From an uncultured virus (IMG/VR IMGVR_UViG_3300012936_000007) (taxonomy: Duplodnaviria > Heunggongvirae > Uroviricota > Caudoviricetes), in IMG/VR virus record IMGVR_UViG_3300012936_000007: a stretch of 20,000 bases of DNA; one strand, given 5' to 3'. The notes below the pieces were generated by a model. The model saw only the letters and a list, made by a program, of their open reading frames with translations. It did no database searches and had not been told where the DNA came from. Position 1 is the stretch's first letter. Every line of letters starts with the position of its first letter. Positions 9,078-16,752 of this stretch are shown one piece after another. The position numbers and the translations under genes are program-made.

Positions 9078-10415
9078 ATGGCAGAGTTAGAAAATAACCT
9101 AGAAACTACTGAAGAAGTAGTTGAGACTATTGAAGAGGGTCAACAACCTGATTCTAAGTCTGAAAAAGGTGACAAGAAACCAGTCAAACAAGGTTCATCC
9201 GATGCTGAATCAATAGAAGCAGGCAAAGCGGAAGTCGTCCCAGTTGAAACCAATCCTGTTGACAAAGCAGTTAAAGCAGTAAAAGACGCTGAGAAAAAAG
9301 TTCCTTCTAATGAAGGTGACCCTCAGAAGAAAGGTGCTGGTAAGGCTGAAAAGCAAGAGAAAATCAAAGAAGATGCAAAACCTTCAAAGATGGAATCAAT
9401 TAAAGCTATAGTCAACGTAATGAAGGAAATGACAAAAGACGAACTCCAATCAGTATTGTCTACAATATCTGAATCAGAAGAGGACGATAGTTTGACTAAA
9501 GCAGAAGTTGCGAGAGCAGTTGTTGAGTCTTTGAAGACTATGGACGAAGACAAAGTTGGAGAAATCCTAGAGTCTTTATCTAAAGAGGAAGAAACTGAAG
9601 TTGTTTCAGAAGAATCAGAAGAAGATGCAGTTGCAGAAGAAGTTTCTGCAGATGTTGAATCCTCACTAGTTGAAATTGAAATAGATGACGACCTATCAGC
9701 GATTTCAGAAGCACTAGACCTATCTGAAGAGAATTCAGAAAAAGCTAAGACAATCTTTAAAGCTGCAGTTCAAAGTAAAGTTGCAGAAATTAAAGAAGAA
9801 CTTGATGCAAAATATCAAGAAGAATTAAAAACCACAGTTGAGACTGTCAAAGACGACCTTTCGGAAGCAGTTGACAAGTACTTAACATATTGTGCAGAAG
9901 AGTGGACGAAAGAAAACGAACTCGCAATCGAACGTGGTTTGAGGTCAGAAATGACTGAGAACTTCATCGAAGGACTTAAAACATTGTTCGTAGAACACTA
10001 CGTTGATGTCCCTGAAGATAAGTACGATGTTATTGACGAACTCGCAAATCGTCTTGAAGAGATGGAAGCAAAACTTGACGGTGAAGTGTCTAATAACATG
10101 GCAATCACTGAAGAGTTAGACGGTCTCAAAAGACAAAATGTTGTATCAGAAGCATCGAAAGATTTGACTGATACTCAAAAAGAGAAACTTTCTTCACTTG
10201 CTGAAGGAGTAGATTTCAAAGATACAGAAGACTTCGCTGAGAAGGTTTCTGAACTCAAAGAAGCATACTTCAAAGTAGACGGTGAGAAAGTAGAGGCGGA
10301 AACTAATATCCAAGAAGGTGCAAACGAATTCGAAGTTGAAGAAACAGAGAAGAAGTTAGAACCTGTAATGGAAAAGTATTCGTCTGCAATAACCAAACTT
10401 AACCCATTGGGATAA
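9078..10415 (+). CDS. gp22: Prohead core scaffold protein, N-terminally extended
   Basis: Highly acidic; KAKTIFKAAV, VDKYLTYCAEEWTKENELAIERGLRSE and LFVEHYVDVPEDKYDV motifs; lies between gp21 and gp23. Confidence 0.93.
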   Translation: MAELENNLETTEEVVETIEEGQQPDSKSEKGDKKPVKQGSSDAESIEAGKAEVVPVETNPVDKAVKAVKDAEKKVPSNEGDPQKKGAGKAEKQEKIKEDAKPSKMESIKAIVNVMKEMTKDELQSVLSTISESEEDDSLTKAEVARAVVESLKTMDEDKVGEILESLSKEEETEVVSEESEEDAVAEEVSADVESSLVEIEIDDDLSAISEALDLSEENSEKAKTIFKAAVQSKVAEIKEELDAKYQEELKTTVETVKDDLSEAVDKYLTYCAEEWTKENELAIERGLRSEMTENFIEGLKTLFVEHYVDVPEDKYDVIDELANRLEEMEAKLDGEVSNNMAITEELDGLKRQNVVSEASKDLTDTQKEKLSSLAEGVDFKDTEDFAEKVSELKEAYFKVDGEKVEAETNIQEGANEFEVEETEKKLEPVMEKYSSAITKLNPLG

Positions 10416-10439
10416 GTTTTAATTTAAAGGAAAAAGAAA

Positions 10440-11735
10440 ATGTTTTTATCAGAAAACTTACAAGAAAAGTGGCAACCGATTCTAGAACATTCCGATTTAC
10501 CAAAAATCGAGGATAACTACAAGCGTGCTGTTACTGCAGTAATTCTTGAAAACCAAGAGAAAGCTCTACAAGAGCAGAACTTGCAAGAAGCTGCACCTTT
10601 AAATGCTACTGGAACAGGTATTTCTAACTGGGATCCTATATTAATCTCATTAGTTAGACGTGCTATGCCAAATCTCGTTGCATACGACATTTGTGGAGTT
10701 CAACCAATGACTGGCCCTACAGGATTAATCTTTGCTATGAAAGCAAGATATAATGATTATCCTTCAGGAACAAGATTAGCTAAAACCGAAGCTATGGGTA
10801 TTGACGAAGTACATTCTGATTACTCTGGCGGCCCTAACCCAACAGCTGCAGGCCCACTTGCTGCTCAGAACCAAGACCCGTTTAACGGTTCTTATGCGAC
10901 TGACACTGGTGAAGGTATGTCTACTGCAAACGCAGAAGCATTGGGTGATGTCGAAGCTTCAAACGGTTTTGCTCAAATGGGTTTCTCAATCGAGAAAGCT
11001 ACTGTTACTGCTAAGTCAAGAGCATTAAAAGCTGAGTACACACTCGAACTTGCACAAGACCTTAAAGCAATCCACGGTCTTGATGCAGAATCAGAATTAG
11101 CAAATATTCTAAGTTCTGAAATTCTTGCTGAAATCAACAGAGAAGTTGTAAGAAACGTTAACATACAAGCAAAAACTGGTGCAGCTGCAACAGCTTCTGC
11201 AGGTACATTTAACCTAGATGTTGACGCTAACGGACGTTGGTCAGTTGAGAAATTTAAAGGGTTGTTATTCCAAATCGAAAGAGAAAGCAACGCAATCGCT
11301 AAAGAAACAAGACGAGGAAAAGGTAACTTTATCCTTTGTTCTTCAGACGTAGCTTCTGCATTGTCAATGGCTGGTGTATTAGATTACGCTCCTGCTCTTT
11401 CTACTAACCTAAACGTTGATGACACTGGAAACACATTCGCAGGTGTTCTTAACGGAAGAGTTAAAGTATACATTGACCCATATGCTGGTGTTGATTACTT
11501 AACTGTAGGTTACAGAGGAACTAACCCTTATGATGCAGGTATGTTCTATTGCCCTTACGTTCCATTACAAATGGTTCGTGCAGTTGGTGAGAACACTTTC
11601 CAACCAAAAATCGGTTTCAAAACTAGATATGGTATGGTAAGTAACCCATTCGTAGGTGCTACACCTGCTGACGGTCTTGCATCTGCAGGTACTAACCAGT
11701 ACTACAGAAAATTTGCAGTTTCTAACATTCTGTAA
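10440..11735 (+). CDS. gp23: Major capsid protein
   Basis: DPILISLVRRAMPNL, GVQPMTGPTGLIFAM, KSRALKAEYTLELAQDLKAIHGLDAE and FQPKIGFKTRYG motifs. Likely maturation site LQE/AAP. Confidence 0.99.
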   Translation: MFLSENLQEKWQPILEHSDLPKIEDNYKRAVTAVILENQEKALQEQNLQEAAPLNATGTGISNWDPILISLVRRAMPNLVAYDICGVQPMTGPTGLIFAMKARYNDYPSGTRLAKTEAMGIDEVHSDYSGGPNPTAAGPLAAQNQDPFNGSYATDTGEGMSTANAEALGDVEASNGFAQMGFSIEKATVTAKSRALKAEYTLELAQDLKAIHGLDAESELANILSSEILAEINREVVRNVNIQAKTGAAATASAGTFNLDVDANGRWSVEKFKGLLFQIERESNAIAKETRRGKGNFILCSSDVASALSMAGVLDYAPALSTNLNVDDTGNTFAGVLNGRVKVYIDPYAGVDYLTVGYRGTNPYDAGMFYCPYVPLQMVRAVGENTFQPKIGFKTRYGMVSNPFVGATPADGLASAGTNQYYRKFAVSNIL

Positions 11736-11761
11736 ATCAAAAAAGTTTTAACTAACTTTAT

Positions 11762-11790
11762 AAAACCCCTCACTTCGAGGGGTTTTTTTT
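11762..11790. terminator. Intrinsic terminator after gp23, probably bidirectional
   Basis: AAAACCCCTC-ACTTC-GAGGGG followed by T8 on +. On - the same hairpin is followed by TTTTAT. Lies between convergent transcription units. Confidence 0.9.
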
Positions 11791-11803
11791 GTCTCAGATA
11801 AGC

Positions 11804-11939
11804 GAAACCCCAAGTCCTTCTAGCTCTTCAGCAGGTAACTTGGGGTCTCTTTTCTAGGAACTTCGCACCTCACTGTCGTCATCAGTTTTTGTGCCCTCGT
11901 TATATCGGGAGAGGTAGACGAACCTCGGTTTCCTAAAAA
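11804..11939 (-). ncRNA. Candidate structured RNA: four-way junction with kissing loops, plus a long hairpin
   Basis: Hand-folded stems: P1 11930-11939/11851-11860; hairpins 11911-11926, 11895-11909 and 11865-11894; loop-loop complementarity UCGUC/GACGA; second hairpin 11804-11849. Two G-U wobbles on - would be A-C mismatches on +. Confidence 0.65.
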
Positions 11940-12379
11940 TCTCCTTCAGCAACTTGGATGCAAGTAGTACCTCTTGCTCTCCACATATCGACAACTTTGT
12001 TTCTATCGTCAAAGACAATGTCGATTTTGCCACCGAACTCTTCGAATTTATCTGCAAGGTCGGATTTGAATTCTTCATCAGGTCTAAAATCACCATCAGG
12101 TCTTAAAAACAAACCTTTGTGACCGTCACCAATCCATTTTTTGATTTGTAATTCAGTAATATCTCTTTGAGATTCATTCCTCGCAGAGAAGAATGCAACG
12201 TCATCACCTCTTGCAATATGTCTTTTTGCAAGGTCGCAAACCCACTCAACAGGAGTATCGAATCTAGTCTCAGATTTGAATGACTTCCAGTCTGCAGGTT
12301 TTTGAGTAACGAAATGTCTCCTATGTTCTACATCGGCGATAGTTCCGTCAACGTCAAAAATTATAGTTTGTTTTTCCAT
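11933..12379 (-). CDS. HAD-family phosphatase resembling the 3'-phosphatase domain of T4 PseT (polynucleotide kinase/phosphatase), 148 aa
   Basis: IIFDVDGTIAD (DxDGT motif I), FSAR, LRPDGDFRPDEEFK, VFDDRNKVVDMWR and CIQVAEGDF. No kinase P-loop. True start is probably the ATG at 12379, since the ORF-track start lies inside the promoter. Confidence 0.88.
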   Translation of the reverse strand: MEKQTIIFDVDGTIADVEHRRHFVTQKPADWKSFKSETRFDTPVEWVCDLAKRHIARGDDVAFFSARNESQRDITELQIKKWIGDGHKGLFLRPDGDFRPDEEFKSDLADKFEEFGGKIDIVFDDRNKVVDMWRARGTTCIQVAEGDF

Positions 12380-12385
12380 GATTCC

Positions 12386-12415
12386 ATTATACGAAAAAAT
12401 GCAACCCATTGTCAA
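12386..12415 (-). promoter_or_regulatory. Sigma70-type early promoter for the phosphatase unit
   Basis: TTGACA (12415-12410), 18-nt spacer, TATAAT (12391-12386), A-tracts upstream. The ATG begins after 6 further nt. Confidence 0.88.
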
Positions 12416-12439
12416 CTGTTTTTAACACTTTTTTAGCGT

Positions 12440-12447
12440 ACTAAATA
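12440..12447 (+). promoter_or_regulatory. Late promoter variant ACTAAATA
   Basis: Intergenic, 44 nt before the ATG at 12492. The same variant recurs in intergenic positions at 3716 and 16500. Confidence 0.6.
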
Positions 12448-12491
12448 TAAGGTACAATTAAGTACATTACACATACACACAGGAGAAAATT

Positions 12492-12707
12492 ATGAGTAAT
12501 TCAAAATCAGGGTTCGAAATCAGAGCCGACTTATTGTCCCAAGCAGAGGGTATTTTAACCAGTAATTATCAAAGAGAAGTTGACGCTATCCATGCACACA
12601 ACGATTCATTCCCTAATGATAAGAAACCATTACCTTTAAGAGAAATCACTGGTGAAGAGGTTATTAGAGTTGCAAGACAACTAAATGAGTTTGTGACAGA
12701 GAAATAA
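12492..12707 (+). CDS. Small hypothetical phage protein (KSGFEIRADLL type)
   Basis: 71 aa, strong AGGAG RBS, predicted helical; function not recognised. Confidence 0.8.
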   Translation: MSNSKSGFEIRADLLSQAEGILTSNYQREVDAIHAHNDSFPNDKKPLPLREITGEEVIRVARQLNEFVTEK

Positions 12708-12715
12708 CCTAAATA
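12708..12715 (+). promoter_or_regulatory. Late promoter variant CCTAAATA
   Basis: Intergenic, upstream of the GGAG RBS and ATG at 12735; would also serve gp3. Confidence 0.5.
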
Positions 12716-12734
12716 GTAATACACGGAGATAACT

Positions 12735-12947
12735 ATGCACAAAAATGTTAAAGTATTGGAAGGGCCATGGGAAAGGGAAAACTTTCCTAATGGAGAAGAA
12801 ACTACAGATGTAATCAGTAGAAAAACTATTACTTTATTCAAAGAAGACGGTTATCTATGTGAAAAAACTACAGTAAGAGAGTATCGAGATGGAGACTATT
12901 TCGATACCTCTTCTTCACGAAGGATATGTAAAGTAAATGACGACTGA
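12735..12947 (+). CDS. Hypothetical protein
   Basis: 70 aa, GGAG RBS, overlaps the gp3 start. Confidence 0.7.
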   Translation: MHKNVKVLEGPWERENFPNGEETTDVISRKTITLFKEDGYLCEKTTVREYRDGDYFDTSSSRRICKVNDD

Positions 12948-13476
12948 GATTAATAAATCAATACTGAATAAAAACAATTTTCGTCTGTTAATAGACAAAG
13001 TTCCGACAGTAGAATACTATGTTCAGACAGTAAATATTCCAGGCTTATCATTCAATGAAACTGTTTTACCAGTAGGTGCAGGAGTCGATGCATATTTTCA
13101 TGGTGATAAAGTTGAATATGAAACACTGAATGTATCATTTTTAGTAGACGAAGATTTATCAAATTATCAAGAAATGTATGATTGGATGATGGGAATTGTT
13201 CCAGTCAAGGATAGCGATGATTTTGCTTCGTTAACTGGGAGTCAGAAGAATACACTAAGTGTATCAGGAATGGACGGAGATAACCTAAAAACTACCTCTC
13301 AGATTACACTTGTAACCAATACCAACAAGAACATACCAAATAGATTTTTTAAGTTTTATGATGCATTTCCTATAAGTTTAGGTGCATTAGAATTACAATC
13401 AGGTGCAGAAACAGCTCCTGTTACTTGTGATGTTCAGTTCAGATTTAACTATTACGAGATAGGAACCAAGTCCTAA
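12937..13476 (+). CDS. gp3: T4 gp3-like tail completion / tube terminator protein
   Basis: NNFRLLIDKVPTVEYYVQTVNIPG, FLVDEDLSNYQEMYDWM and FYDAFPISLG motifs; g23-g3-uvsY-uvsW synteny of marine T4-likes. Confidence 0.88.
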   Translation: MTTEINKSILNKNNFRLLIDKVPTVEYYVQTVNIPGLSFNETVLPVGAGVDAYFHGDKVEYETLNVSFLVDEDLSNYQEMYDWMMGIVPVKDSDDFASLTGSQKNTLSVSGMDGDNLKTTSQITLVTNTNKNIPNRFFKFYDAFPISLGALELQSGAETAPVTCDVQFRFNYYEIGTKS

Positions 13477-13511
13477 AACCCCTTATAAATACTACTATAT
13501 TGTGGTATAAT
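13476..13511 (+). promoter_or_regulatory. Overlapping late (TATAAATA 13484-13491) and sigma70-type (TGTGG-TATAAT, -10 at 13506-13511) promoters for uvsY
   Basis: Both motifs sit in the 43-nt gp3-uvsY gap. Confidence 0.7.
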
Positions 13512-13519
13512 GGTATATT

Positions 13520-13963
13520 ATGAACTTAGATGAAATTAAATTGATGTGGGAATCCGATTGTGAAATCGATGATATTGAATTAGATAAATCTTCCTTAGAA
13601 GTTCCCAAACTACACGCAAAATATCTAGACTTACTTTCTAGTAAGTTACTAGTACAAAAACAATACCAAATGAAATACGATACATTACTTAGAGATAAGT
13701 GGTTATGGTATAACGGTAAATTAGATGATGAGACCATAAAAGAATATGGGTGGAAACCTGATGCATTAGACGGTGTAAGAGTTATGAAAAATGAAATGCA
13801 CCACTTCTTCAATGCAGATAAAGACCTTCAGGATATGAGTGCAAAAGTAGAATACCTGAAAGTAACTATAGATTTTTTAAGAGAGTGTTTACAAAACATT
13901 ACATGGAGACACCAAACGATTAAGAATACAATCGATTGGAGAAAATTCATGGCAGGTAATTAA
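13520..13963 (+). CDS. uvsY: Recombination mediator UvsY
   Basis: WESDCEID...SLEVPKLHAKYL...WYNGK...IKNTIDWRKF pattern; synteny. Confidence 0.92.
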   Translation: MNLDEIKLMWESDCEIDDIELDKSSLEVPKLHAKYLDLLSSKLLVQKQYQMKYDTLLRDKWLWYNGKLDDETIKEYGWKPDALDGVRVMKNEMHHFFNADKDLQDMSAKVEYLKVTIDFLRECLQNITWRHQTIKNTIDWRKFMAGN

Positions 13964-13964
13964 A

Positions 13965-14636
13965 ATGATATTGAAAAATTATGTGTGGCAAGCACCTGAG
14001 TATTTTACAAGACAAGAAATTCAAGAACTAATCACTGCATCTGATGTCTTACCATGGCACGCTGGACAAGTAGGGACACCTGCAGATGAAGACTCAGAAC
14101 AAGAAGGTGGAACAGAAGACCATAACATTCGTAGTTCTCAAATAAAATGGTTTTTATTGGAACAGAATCATATGCCTAAACATATAGAAAACAAACTATA
14201 TCAGGCAATAGACATTGCAAATGAACAATGCGAATGGAATCATGCGTGGGATTATATGGAGAATCCTCAGTATACTGTTTACAATGAACAAAAACAAAGA
14301 CAAGGAGACTTCTATACTTGGCATACAGATTCAGGCCCATTTTTATATCCTAACGGTTGTCATAGAAAATTAAGTATGACCGTACAGTTATCAGACCAAG
14401 ACGATTACGAGGGTGGTCACTTTCAGTGGTTAGAACCTCACCAACAGTTTGATAAAATGTTTACAAATGTTTCTAATATAGACATGACTGATGCAGTTAA
14501 GACATTATCTTTTTCTGCAAAAAGTATTGGAAGTGTTGTGGTATTCCCCTCATTTTTATATCATCAAGTAACACCAGTACTAAGAGGAACTAGAAAATCA
14601 TTAGTATGTTGGTTTAGTGGAAAACCTTATGTCTGA
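13965..14636 (+). CDS. 2OG-Fe(II) dependent oxygenase (prolyl-hydroxylase/PKHD-like)
   Basis: YTWHTD (HxD), RKLSMTVQLS, YEGG, VVFPSFLYHQVTPV (distal His) and RKSLV (RxS). Confidence 0.92.
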   Translation: MILKNYVWQAPEYFTRQEIQELITASDVLPWHAGQVGTPADEDSEQEGGTEDHNIRSSQIKWFLLEQNHMPKHIENKLYQAIDIANEQCEWNHAWDYMENPQYTVYNEQKQRQGDFYTWHTDSGPFLYPNGCHRKLSMTVQLSDQDDYEGGHFQWLEPHQQFDKMFTNVSNIDMTDAVKTLSFSAKSIGSVVVFPSFLYHQVTPVLRGTRKSLVCWFSGKPYV

Positions 14637-16041
14637 TGTTGTTAGAGTCTCAAAAATAAATGAAGTGTTCCTTAAAGTCGATTGTGACGATGGACTTGCA
14701 AAGGAACTCTTTGAATTCTTTTCTTTTAAAGTACCAAACGCAAAGTTCATGCCTTCCTATAAAAATAGAATGTGGGACGGTAAGGTATACCTATTTTCTA
14801 TTAAAACACATAAAATCTATATCGGATTACTTCCATATGTTGACGAGTTCTGCAGGGAGAGGGGATATGAATTTGAAGGTGTTGAAGAAGTACTTGGAAA
14901 CAAACAAAGAGAGAAGTGTAGTCAAGTATGGTTAGCAGACTTAAATCTTCCTTTTGAACCTAGAGAATATCAGATAGATGCATTTAATACTGCAATACAG
15001 TATGGAAGACAACTATTACTTTCACCTACTGCAAGTGGTAAATCATTAATCATATATCTACTCGCAAGATACTACAACAAGAAAACTGTTATTATAGTTC
15101 CTACTACTTCACTAGTAGAACAAATGACAAAGGATTTTAAAGATTATGGATATGATAAAGAGATTTGTAAAATTTATTCGGGTCAGCCTGTATTTGATTC
15201 GGACATCACCATCACTACATGGCAGTCATTTAGTAAGGCGCCTAAAAATGTCATGGAATCTTTCGAAGTTGTCTTCGGAGACGAAGCACACCTCTTCAAA
15301 GCAAACGTCCTCAAAGGAATCCTTGAAAAAATGAAAAACACTGCGATTCGTTTTGGTACTACTGGTACACTTGACGGAACCGAAGTTCATAGATTACAAC
15401 TGGAAGGATTATTTGGGCCAGTCAAAAAAGTTACAACGACTGTAGACTTAATGGAAGAGGGGACGATTGCAAACCTAGACATAGACATTCTTATTCTAAA
15501 ACATAAGAAAGTTAAACTACCTACCTATCAAGAAGAAATGGATTACTTGGTGTCGAATGATAGTAGGAACGAATTTATTTGTAATCTAGTTTATAGTTTA
15601 AAAGGAAATACACTTGTACTATTCCAATATGTTAAAAAACATGGTGAAGTATTACATGGTAAAATGTTTAAAAGACTAGGGGACAAACTACACTACGTTT
15701 TCGGTGGTACAGACGTTACTGATAGAGAAGACGTAAGAACTATAGTAGAAGGAAGTGACGAAAATGTTATACTTGCATCGTACGGAACTTTTTCTACTGG
15801 TGTAAACATAAAAAAGATTGACAATATAATTTTCGCAAGTCCTTCTAAATCTAGAATAAGAAATCTACAGTCTATTGGTAGAGGACTCAGGAAGGGAAAA
15901 GATAAAAATAGAATGCGATTGTTCGATATTGCTGACGACATAGGGGGTACGAATTATACTCTCAATCACTGTAAAGACCGTATAAATATATACAACGAAG
16001 AAGGATTTAACTATGAAATCAAGCAGTTCGAACTAAAATGA
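14629..16041 (+). CDS. uvsW: UvsW RNA-DNA/DNA helicase
   Basis: WDGK, PREYQ, SPTASGKS, GDEAH, TGT and LQSIGRGLR motifs. ATG at 14629 preferred over 14617. Confidence 0.96.
   Translation: MSDVVRVSKINEVFLKVDCDDGLAKELFEFFSFKVPNAKFMPSYKNRMWDGKVYLFSIKTHKIYIGLLPYVDEFCRERGYEFEGVEEVLGNKQREKCSQVWLADLNLPFEPREYQIDAFNTAIQYGRQLLLSPTASGKSLIIYLLARYYNKKTVIIVPTTSLVEQMTKDFKDYGYDKEICKIYSGQPVFDSDITITTWQSFSKAPKNVMESFEVVFGDEAHLFKANVLKGILEKMKNTAIRFGTTGTLDGTEVHRLQLEGLFGPVKKVTTTVDLMEEGTIANLDIDILILKHKKVKLPTYQEEMDYLVSNDSRNEFICNLVYSLKGNTLVLFQYVKKHGEVLHGKMFKRLGDKLHYVFGGTDVTDREDVRTIVEGSDENVILASYGTFSTGVNIKKIDNIIFASPSKSRIRNLQSIGRGLRKGKDKNRMRLFDIADDIGGTNYTLNHCKDRINIYNEEGFNYEIKQFELK
15981..15988 (+). promoter_or_regulatory. 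Late promoter inside the uvsW 3' end
   Basis: TATAAATA 49 nt before the ATG at 16038; could be constrained by coding (RINI). Confidence 0.55.
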
Positions 16042-16487
16042 AATATCAAGTAATCAAACTTAAAACTGGACAAGAGTTATGTGGAATGGTGTCTTATAAA
16101 GAGAACACTATAGAAGTCACTTTACCTATGATTTGTCAGTTGACTAAAATATCTGCAACAAATACTCTTGCAACGTTTATACCTTACAACCCACTTGGGA
16201 ATGATTCTATCCTTACAATAGGAAGAGAAAGTGTTATGCATACTAGTAATATGAATGACCAATTCATTCCCTTTTATGATGAAGCTTCTGCGAAGTGGTT
16301 AAGTATGGTTGAAGACGGAACTATTCCATTGACCAACCAATTACCTTCTGCAAAAGACTTCCTTAAAGAAAGAGTGGACGAAATGTTAAACACTTTGTCT
16401 GATGAGGAACTCGCACAATTAGAAGAGGACACACTTCAAGAAGACTACTTTCATGTAGCACCTGATGAGAAAAAAATAATTCATTAG
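16038..16487 (+). CDS. Hypothetical protein downstream of uvsW (possible Sm-like beta fold with acidic tail)
   Basis: ATGA overlap with uvsW; VIKLKTGQELCG N-terminus and C-terminal KKIIH typical of T4-like small proteins. Confidence 0.8.
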   Translation: MKYQVIKLKTGQELCGMVSYKENTIEVTLPMICQLTKISATNTLATFIPYNPLGNDSILTIGRESVMHTSNMNDQFIPFYDEASAKWLSMVEDGTIPLTNQLPSAKDFLKERVDEMLNTLSDEELAQLEEDTLQEDYFHVAPDEKKIIH

Positions 16488-16499
16488 ACTTTCAAACTT

Positions 16500-16507
16500 A
16501 CTAAATA
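16500..16507 (+). promoter_or_regulatory. Late promoter variant ACTAAATA heading the small-ORF cluster
   Basis: Intergenic; followed by hairpin AATGTTCATT-GACTG-AATGAATATT (16515-16539) and an AGGA RBS. Confidence 0.6.
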
Positions 16508-16571
16508 AATGCGAAATGTTCATTGACTGAATGAATATTATATTATAACTTTAACTTATTTTAGGAAAACC

Positions 16572-16751
16572 ATGACCACAGCAATTATAGATATTGCGAA
16601 GAACATGGTGCGAAAAGCTAGAGAAGTTACAGAACTTGTATCAAATAAAACTATGTGCAAGATTTGTGACACTATCGAATTTCTAGTACTAATGCTTCTT
16701 CCATTCGCCTTACCTTTTTTGATTATGTACTTTTCCCTAGCGGGGTACTAA
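16572..16751 (+). CDS. Small membrane protein A, 59 aa; absent from ORF track
   Basis: MTTAIIDIAKNMVRKAREVTELVSNKTMCKICDTIEFLVLMLLPFALPFLIMYFSLAGY; AGGA RBS; C-terminal hydrophobic helix. Confidence 0.8.
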   Translation: MTTAIIDIAKNMVRKAREVTELVSNKTMCKICDTIEFLVLMLLPFALPFLIMYFSLAGY

Positions 16752-16752
16752 A

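Noticed and set aside
2128..11735. Introns, inteins or homing endonucleases in terminase, portal or capsid genes
   Set aside because: All frames are continuous and of ordinary length; no intein, HNH, GIY-YIG or LAGLIDADG motifs seen.
11861..11890. CTGATGA...CGAA on the minus strand (and CTGAAGA near 11825-11831) as a hammerhead ribozyme core
   Set aside because: No proper stem II followed by GAAA, and no NUH site with stems I/III; both heptamers sit within other hairpins.
11851..11939. Canonical tRNA gene (GAGGTTCG looks like a T-arm)
   Set aside because: The TTCG arm is first rather than last. There is no 7-nt anticodon loop on a 5-bp stem, no D-loop GG and no CCA end.
11854..12096. 80-aa minus-strand ORF, or a +1 frameshift extension of the phosphatase at TTT-TAG
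   Set aside because: Overlaps the phosphatase out of frame with no RBS. The phosphatase ends at the family-typical GDF, so no extension is needed.
12380..12415. N-terminal extension MTMGCIFSYNGI of the phosphatase in the ORF track
   Set aside because: It spans the -35/-10 boxes, and its TTG start is the -35 hexamer itself.
11736..12936. Absence of gp24, hoc and soc after gp23
   Set aside because: Normal for marine T4-like phages, where g23 is followed by g3-uvsY-uvsW.
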